Notes under the pieces: generated by a model
The model's input: only the letters and a program-made list of their open reading frames with translations
What the model was told of the DNA's origin: nothing
The model's database searches: none
Program-made: the position numbers and the translations under genes
Origin: Bacillota bacterium
Lineage (GTDB): Bacteria; Bacillota; Clostridia; Tissierellales; MES13
Assembly: GCA_009711785.1 (NCBI GenBank)
Contig: VENA01000068.1
Location: 10,067-74,066 of the forward strand
Length of the DNA stretch: 64,000 nt
Direction: 5' to 3'
Part shown: positions 59,348-64,000 of the stretch, one piece after another
Layout: each line of letters starts with the position of its first letter
How positions within the stretch are numbered: the first letter of the stretch is position 1

Positions 59348-59506
59348 TTGAAAAAGGCAGTAACTTTTATAGTATTATTAGCTGTATTTGTAACTTTTAT
59401 AATTATAGCAGGGATCAACATGACTACTGTGAAATCTATAAATACTATTGAGAAACCTGAAGATAATATCAAAATACTTACTCCGGCATCAGAAAGCGTT
59501 TTATAA
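59348..59506 (+). CDS. Candidate small membrane protein (52 aa)
   Basis: TTG 7 nt after GGAGGT. Reads MKKAVTFIVLLAVFVTFIIIAGINMTTVKSINTIEKPEDNIKILTPASESVL*. Below the ORF-track size cutoff. Confidence 0.4.
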   Translation: MKKAVTFIVLLAVFVTFIIIAGINMTTVKSINTIEKPEDNIKILTPASESVL

Positions 59507-59575
59507 GATTTGACTGGGTTTTCCCAGTCTTTTGTTTTGCAGAAAATATTTGTTATATTAAAAATGGGTGATAAT

Positions 59576-60109
59576 ATGAATGGATATTTTAATGAGAGGA
59601 TTAAAATCATAAAAGGAGATATCACTAAAGTTAAAGTTGATGCTATTGTAAATGCAGCTAATAATACTCTTTTAGGAGGTGGTGGAGTAGATGGTGCAAT
59701 ACATAAAGCAGGAGGAAAAGATATTTTAAAAGAATGTAAAAGCTTAGGGGGATGTCCAACGGGTGAAGCGAAAATTACAACTGCAGGCAAATTACCAAGT
59801 AAATATGTCATACATACAGTAGGACCAATATATAAAGGTGGGAATAATAAAGAACGGGATTTATTAAAAAGAGCCTATGAAAATTCTTTAAAACTAGCAG
59901 TTAAAAATAATTTAAAAACAATTGCATTCCCTTCAATTTCAACGGGAGTTTACTCTTATCCTATAAATAAAGCATCTGAAATTGCTATAGAAACTACTGT
60001 TAATTTTCTTGAAAATAATCATTCTATAAAAAAAGTTATTTTTGTATTGTTTTCTAATAGAGATTATAGGATATATAAAGGAAAGTTGGATGAAAAGTTT
60101 AATGATTAG
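59576..60109 (+). CDS. Macro domain protein (O-acetyl-ADP-ribose deacetylase-like)
   Basis: GDITKVKVDAIVNAANNTLLGGGGVDGAIH and FPSISTGVYSYP. Start at ATG 59576 or 59564. Confidence 0.85.
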   Translation: MNGYFNERIKIIKGDITKVKVDAIVNAANNTLLGGGGVDGAIHKAGGKDILKECKSLGGCPTGEAKITTAGKLPSKYVIHTVGPIYKGGNNKERDLLKRAYENSLKLAVKNNLKTIAFPSISTGVYSYPINKASEIAIETTVNFLENNHSIKKVIFVLFSNRDYRIYKGKLDEKFND

Positions 60110-60197
60110 ACATTGAAAAAATTAACAAAATAGTATATTATTATAAGTGCAAGAGTTTAGGTGGAGATACCTAAGTACAATTAAATTCTAATATTTA

Positions 60198-60245
60198 TAA
60201 AGTAGCAATACTCTAGGTCGGATTAGATGTTGCTACTTTTCTTTT
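60198..60245 (+). terminator. Terminator after the macro-domain gene (long loop)
   Basis: AAAGTAGCAA / TTGCTACTTT stem with a 21-nt loop, followed by TCTTTTT. Confidence 0.55.
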
Positions 60246-60596
60246 TGTTGCTTAATTTAAATTCCACTCTAATATTTACTAAGTATTTGAAATTACTTGG
60301 AGCGAAATTTAATTTTAAATAATTAGATAAATTAATAAATAGATTTTTAAACCAATTTATCATCTATATCCCCCTTTTCTAAACTAACCTAGGCATCTCC
60401 AAAATTATATAGAAAAGAGATTACTTTCTAAGTACATTATATCATGATATTAACATTATTGGTACAAACTAGTTTTGCAATTTACCAGATTGAAGTATTG
60501 AATTGGAAAAATTTCATGTTAAAAAGGAAGAATAATTGATTGAAAAGTTTATTATTAGTAGACAGGCACTATTTTATCAAAATACAATAAACAAAT

Positions 60597-60625
60597 ATTA
60601 ACATATATTACAAAACGTGATATAC
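60597..60625 (+). promoter_or_regulatory. Promoter of the LytTR gene
   Basis: TTAACA (60597-60602), 17-nt spacer, TATACT (60620-60625). Confidence 0.45.
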
Positions 60626-60671
60626 TCAACTTAGTAAAATAATCTTAAATTATTTAAAAAGGGGAAGTTAA

Positions 60672-61001
60672 ATGAATAGATTAATCTTTAGCTATAATAA
60701 TCAAATTAACTTCATAGATTTTAACGAGATAATCTTTATTGAGAGATTGCAAAATAAAACGATTATACATAGTTTAAATAAAAAAATAGAAACTAATGAA
60801 TCATTAACCCACATATTTGAAAAATTAGATCAAAATACATTTTTTAGAATCCATAGAAGCTATATTGTAAATATTAATTTTATAGAAAAGATAGTCTCTT
60901 GTGGGCAAAAAAGTTATAAAATAATATTTAAAGAAGTTAATGAAGATGCTTTATTTAGTTATGATAGATACAAGGAATTTAAAAAAAGTTTTATTGAATA
61001 A
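60672..61001 (+). CDS. Stand-alone LytTR DNA-binding domain protein (109 aa)
   Basis: LytTR signature FFRIHRSYIVNINFIEKI. No receiver domain. SD AAAGGGGAAG. Confidence 0.8.
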   Translation: MNRLIFSYNNQINFIDFNEIIFIERLQNKTIIHSLNKKIETNESLTHIFEKLDQNTFFRIHRSYIVNINFIEKIVSCGQKSYKIIFKEVNEDALFSYDRYKEFKKSFIE

Positions 61002-61025
61002 GCACAGTTTTTTTATTGAAAAATG

Positions 61026-61055
61026 TATCATAAAAAATCTTATCATAAATGATAA
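61026..61055. repeat. 30-nt motif copy B (TATCATAAAAAATCTTATCATAAATGATAA)
   Basis: 29/30 identical to 10248..10277. It ends 32 nt upstream of the -35 of the MacAB-like promoter. The core palindrome is CTTATCAT-AA-ATGATAAG. Confidence 0.8.
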
Positions 61056-61087
61056 GAGATGTAATTTTATGGCATTAAACAAATAAA

Positions 61088-61115
61088 TTGACATTGGAAA
61101 TTTGAATGTTATAAT
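61088..61115 (+). promoter_or_regulatory. Promoter of the MacAB-like efflux operon
   Basis: TTGACA (61088-61093), 16-nt spacer, extended -10 TGTTATAAT (61107-61115). Confidence 0.6.
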
Positions 61116-61217
61116 TATAGAGTATGAAATAAATGGAATTGTTTTTTATTATTTTTGGAACTTATTTTAAGAAATAAACGTCTTAATAAGTAAGTGCTTT
61201 AGTAAAGGAGGGAAGAT

Positions 61218-61922
61218 ATGGCTTTATTAGATTTAAAAAATATAGGAAGAAGTTATAAAAATGGGCAAATAAAAGTTGATGCATTAAAAAATGTTGACAT
61301 AGCCATAGAAGATGGCGAGTTTGTATCAATAATGGGTCCTTCTGGATCAGGGAAATCTACTTTACTTAATATTGTAGGGTGTTTAGATTTACCAACAGAT
61401 GGTACATATAAAATCAGTGATATGCATGTAGAAAATTTAAGAGATAGCAAATTAGCTGATATAAGAAATGAGTTTATAGGCTTTGTGTTTCAAAAGTTTC
61501 ATCTATTACCTAATTTAAGTGCAAGGGAAAATGTTGAATTACCTTTAATATATCAAGGTATGTTAGGAGCAGAAAGAAAGAAAAACTCAGAAAAAGCATT
61601 AGAAGCAGTAGGATTGAAAGATAGAATGAAACATTTACCTTCTCAATTATCAGGGGGAGAGCAACAAAGGGTGGCAATAGCTAGAGCAATTGCTAGTAAT
61701 CCATCTGTAATATTAGCAGATGAACCTACTGGCGCTTTAGACTCTCATACTGGAGAAAATATAATGTCTATATTCCAAAGGTTAAATAAAAAACTTGGTA
61801 TAACTATAGTACAGGTTACCCATGAAAGGGATATAGCACTATATGGTAGTAAAATTTATCATCTATTAGATGGAGAAATTGAGAAAATAGAAAAAGTAGA
61901 AAAAAATCTAGCGAATAAATAA
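61218..61922 (+). CDS. ABC transporter ATP-binding protein (MacB/LolD-like)
   Basis: GPSGSGKST, LSGGEQQRVAIARA, ILADEPTGALD, QVTHE. Confidence 0.9.
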   Translation: MALLDLKNIGRSYKNGQIKVDALKNVDIAIEDGEFVSIMGPSGSGKSTLLNIVGCLDLPTDGTYKISDMHVENLRDSKLADIRNEFIGFVFQKFHLLPNLSARENVELPLIYQGMLGAERKKNSEKALEAVGLKDRMKHLPSQLSGGEQQRVAIARAIASNPSVILADEPTGALDSHTGENIMSIFQRLNKKLGITIVQVTHERDIALYGSKIYHLLDGEIEKIEKVEKNLANK

Positions 61923-61937
61923 TTTGGGGGTGTCTTA

Positions 61938-63623
61938 ATGTTACAAAGAGTATTTATGATAGTAATTATTTTAGCAATCGTTTTAGGTGGTGGAATGTAT
62001 GCATATAAAGAACTTATGCCGCCAGAAACAAAGGAAACTAAAGGTCCTGTATATTCAACAGAAGAAGTTAAAAAGGGTGAGATATCAGTAGGAGTAGAAA
62101 CATCAGGAAGAGTAAGTGGAAGCCATGGTGGTGGTATAAAGGTACCTGGAGATAGATATGGTGGAGATTCTATAAGTTACATAATTGATGAAGTTTTAGT
62201 AGAAGATGGTGATGTTGTAAAAAAGGGTGATTTAGTAGCAAGACTAAAATCCCCAGACCTTAAAACGAAAATCGAAGCTAAAAGGGAAGAATTAAAAGCC
62301 GAAAGAAAATATTTAGCTTCAATGACAGGGGTTTCAATAGATAAAATTGATACGATAAATCCTTCTGATGGTGTTACTATAAAAGCACCTATAGGTGGTA
62401 GGATAACAGAATTAACTGCTGAAGAAGGTATGGAATTAGAATCAGGAGTAACAGTAAGTAAAATAGTTGATGATTCAAAATTTGTAGTAAGGGCTAAATT
62501 AACTCCAACAGAAGTTAAAAAAGTTAAAGAAGGTCAAAAGGTAGTATTAGGATTTGAAAATTTCTCAGGGTTTAATGAAGCAAAAATAACTGAAGTGAAT
62601 CCAAATAAAGCACCTAATAAAGATAAAAACGGTAATCCTAATGGTTTTGTATATTGGATTACAATAGAAGGTGAAAATCCTGGGTTAGTTCAACCGGGTA
62701 TGACACCAAGGGTTGGTTTATCCGTAGATGAAAATAATATATCTGTTAAATTCTTTACTTATAAAGGGAATGTTACAAGATTTATTAATGAAAAAAGAAT
62801 TAACACTAGAGCTGATGGAATAGTTACTCAAGTTTTTGTTCATAACATGGAAATAGTAAAAAAAGGAGATTCAATAATTTCCATGGCAGGAACAGATATG
62901 CAAAATAAAATAAGAGAACAACAAGAAAAAATAAGAAAACTAAGAACAGATGTTAAGAAGTTACAATCTAAAGTTGACCAAATGGAAGTTACTGCTTCAA
63001 TGGATGGAGTAATAAGTTATTTAAATGTTGAAGAAGGAGAAACAACTTCTCCAGGAAGATATATAGGTTCAATATTTGATACTAAGGAAATGAGATTATG
63101 GGTACAAGTAGATGATATTGATGTTGTTAATGTAAAACAAGATGCAGAAGTAAAGGTTACAGTAGATGCTATTCCAGGTGAAACCTATAAAGGTAAAGTT
63201 ACTAGGGTTTCTACTAGAGGACAAGAACAAAATGGAATAACTAAATTTGATGTTGATATAAAAGTAGAAGGTGGACCTAAATTAAGGCCTGGAATGCAAG
63301 CAAATGCATATATTAAGGCCGGAAGTGCTGAAGATGTTCCTTTAGTTCCTTTAGAAGCAGTATTTGAAGAAGATGGAAAATCTATGGTAGAAGTTTTAAA
63401 AGATAATGGAACTGTAAAATTAACTCCAGTGAAAATAGGGTTAATGAATGATAGATATGCTGAAATTAAAAGTGGTGTTAAAGTAGGAGATAAGGTAATA
63501 ACAGGTAGTAGCGCAGATTTATTACCAAGTCAACATATAAAATCAGATGATACGATGATGCCAAGTAATGGTGATGATTCAGACGATGGAGATAATGGGG
63601 AAAATGGAGAAAGTGACAAATAA
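61938..63623 (+). CDS. HlyD/MacA-like periplasmic adaptor family protein (long form, acidic C-terminal tail)
   Basis: N-terminal TM anchor, lipoyl/barrel-sandwich-like segments (GDLVARLKS, GDSIISM), a coiled-coil segment (IREQQEKIRKLRTDVKKLQSKVDQ), and the tail DDSDDGDNGENGESDK. Confidence 0.75.
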   Translation: MLQRVFMIVIILAIVLGGGMYAYKELMPPETKETKGPVYSTEEVKKGEISVGVETSGRVSGSHGGGIKVPGDRYGGDSISYIIDEVLVEDGDVVKKGDLVARLKSPDLKTKIEAKREELKAERKYLASMTGVSIDKIDTINPSDGVTIKAPIGGRITELTAEEGMELESGVTVSKIVDDSKFVVRAKLTPTEVKKVKEGQKVVLGFENFSGFNEAKITEVNPNKAPNKDKNGNPNGFVYWITIEGENPGLVQPGMTPRVGLSVDENNISVKFFTYKGNVTRFINEKRINTRADGIVTQVFVHNMEIVKKGDSIISMAGTDMQNKIREQQEKIRKLRTDVKKLQSKVDQMEVTASMDGVISYLNVEEGETTSPGRYIGSIFDTKEMRLWVQVDDIDVVNVKQDAEVKVTVDAIPGETYKGKVTRVSTRGQEQNGITKFDVDIKVEGGPKLRPGMQANAYIKAGSAEDVPLVPLEAVFEEDGKSMVEVLKDNGTVKLTPVKIGLMNDRYAEIKSGVKVGDKVITGSSADLLPSQHIKSDDTMMPSNGDDSDDGDNGENGESDK

Positions 63624-63636
63624 GGAGGTAATATAA

Positions 63637-64000
63637 TTGGCTAAGAAAAACACTATATTCTCCTTCTTTGTTAGGATATGGTTTACTGCAAAAATGGCAG
63701 CCCATGGTATATTATCTAAACCCTTAAGATCAGCTTTAACTATCTTAGGAGTAGCTATAGGAGTTGCTTCTGTTGTAAGTCTTATGGGTATAGGAGAAGG
63801 AGCAAGACAGGCAGTTGTAGAACAATTTAAAAGTCTAGGCTCTAATGTTATTACTGTAAAAGCCCATGACCCATCTGTAGAATTTAAGCCTGAAGAGGCT
63901 GATGAATTAGTTGAAAGAGTTGATGGCTTAGAAATGGCTAGTCCTGTGGTTCAGACTAAAACTATTATGAAGTGGAAAAGAGCTAGGGGAAAAGTAAATG
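63637..64000 (+). CDS. ABC transporter permease (MacB/FtsX-like), 3' end cut by window edge
   Basis: TTG 63637, 8 nt after AAGGAGG. The frame is open to the window end. The N-terminus SKPLRSALTILGVAIGVASVV..GEGA is typical of MacB-type permeases. Not in the ORF track because no stop is reached. Confidence 0.75.
   Translation, partial: MAKKNTIFSFFVRIWFTAKMAAHGILSKPLRSALTILGVAIGVASVVSLMGIGEGARQAVVEQFKSLGSNVITVKAHDPSVEFKPEEADELVERVDGLEMASPVVQTKTIMKWKRARGKVN

Noticed and set aside
59305-59811. 168-aa minus-strand ORF
   Set aside because: It is antisense to the macro-domain gene, which has clear motifs, and to the SD-supported small + strand ORF. It contains no recognisable motif.
60222-60362. 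46-codon minus-strand ORF with good SD, considered as a CDS feature
   Set aside because: The composition (Asn/Lys/Phe/Leu-rich, no hydrophobic helix) is what random AT-rich sequence gives, and no terminator follows on that strand. It is kept only as a note in the LytTR-region finding.
61026-61055. Assigning the 30-nt motif as a classical LytTR binding site
   Set aside because: The LytTR sites I know of (e.g. AgrA, ComE) are 9-bp direct repeats with about 12-13-bp spacers, roughly 21 bp centre to centre. Here the direct repeats are 16 nt apart and a palindrome dominates. The link to the LytTR protein therefore stays a hypothesis, not a feature call.
1701-63705. Remaining short overlapping ORFs in the track: 1701-1898, 7203-7460, 9198-9440, 12842-13057, 13695-13907, 15447-15638, 15980-16243, 16670-16936, 17063-17284, 19692-19949, 19894-20082, 22525-22803, 23381-23626, 24902-25090, 25838-26050, 26961-27206, 27938-28126, 31635-31850, 34079-34294, 36727-36924, 41243-41425, 43296-43532, 43542-43784, 46338-46538, 49779-50015, 52664-52891, 54106-54294, 58791-59027, 61253-61450, 63478-63705
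   Set aside because: Each overlaps a longer gene with clear family motifs, on the opposite strand or in another frame. None has a ribosome-binding site. This is typical shadow-ORF behaviour in AT-rich DNA.
1-64000. Search for rRNA, tRNA, CRISPR arrays, IS/transposase, integrase, phage or conjugation genes, and classical defence systems
   Set aside because: None was recognised. There are no regularly spaced direct repeats, no cloverleaf-like GC-rich segments and no DDE/tyrosine/serine recombinase motifs in any ORF. The accessory character rests on gene content and remnants only.

Overview
Very AT-rich chromosomal segment of a spore-forming, low-GC Firmicute (Clostridia-like). Nearly all genes lie on the + strand. 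Housekeeping or known modules: a tandem glycine riboswitch with a sodium:alanine/glycine symporter; a minus-strand T-box-controlled ilvN-like/ilvC/ilvD/ilvB operon; an OmpR-type two-component system with uppP and a BcrAB-like ABC transporter; tgl (spore-coat transglutaminase); an NhaC antiporter; a gerB-gerC-gerA type germinant receptor operon; and a MacAB-like efflux operon cut by the window end. The remainder looks like accessory, decaying DNA. It holds 13 GNAT acetyltransferase genes, including a tandem array of five RimJ/RimL-like copies. It also holds two membrane-associated MutS-domain-V-only ATPases, several lipoproteins and membrane proteins of unknown function, and at least four gene remnants or frameshifted pseudogenes. 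I saw no rRNA, tRNA, CRISPR array, transposase, integrase or phage genes. The items most worth follow-up are listed here. (1) A Spo0E-like phosphatase motif fused to a MEDS-like sensory domain. (2) The MutS_V paralogs, one translationally coupled to a double-GNAT protein. (3) An unknown 328-aa gene translationally coupled to tgl. (4) A 30-nt motif present twice (29/30 identical), one copy upstream of the MacAB-like promoter and next to a stand-alone LytTR gene. (5) A recurring CCTAAC-TTTA-GTTAGG hairpin family that includes orphan and half copies. (6) A self-contained mini transcription unit encoding a short hydrophobic peptide. No complete, clearly novel multi-gene system can be demonstrated by eye. 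All functional calls rest on motif recognition and need HMM or BLAST confirmation.
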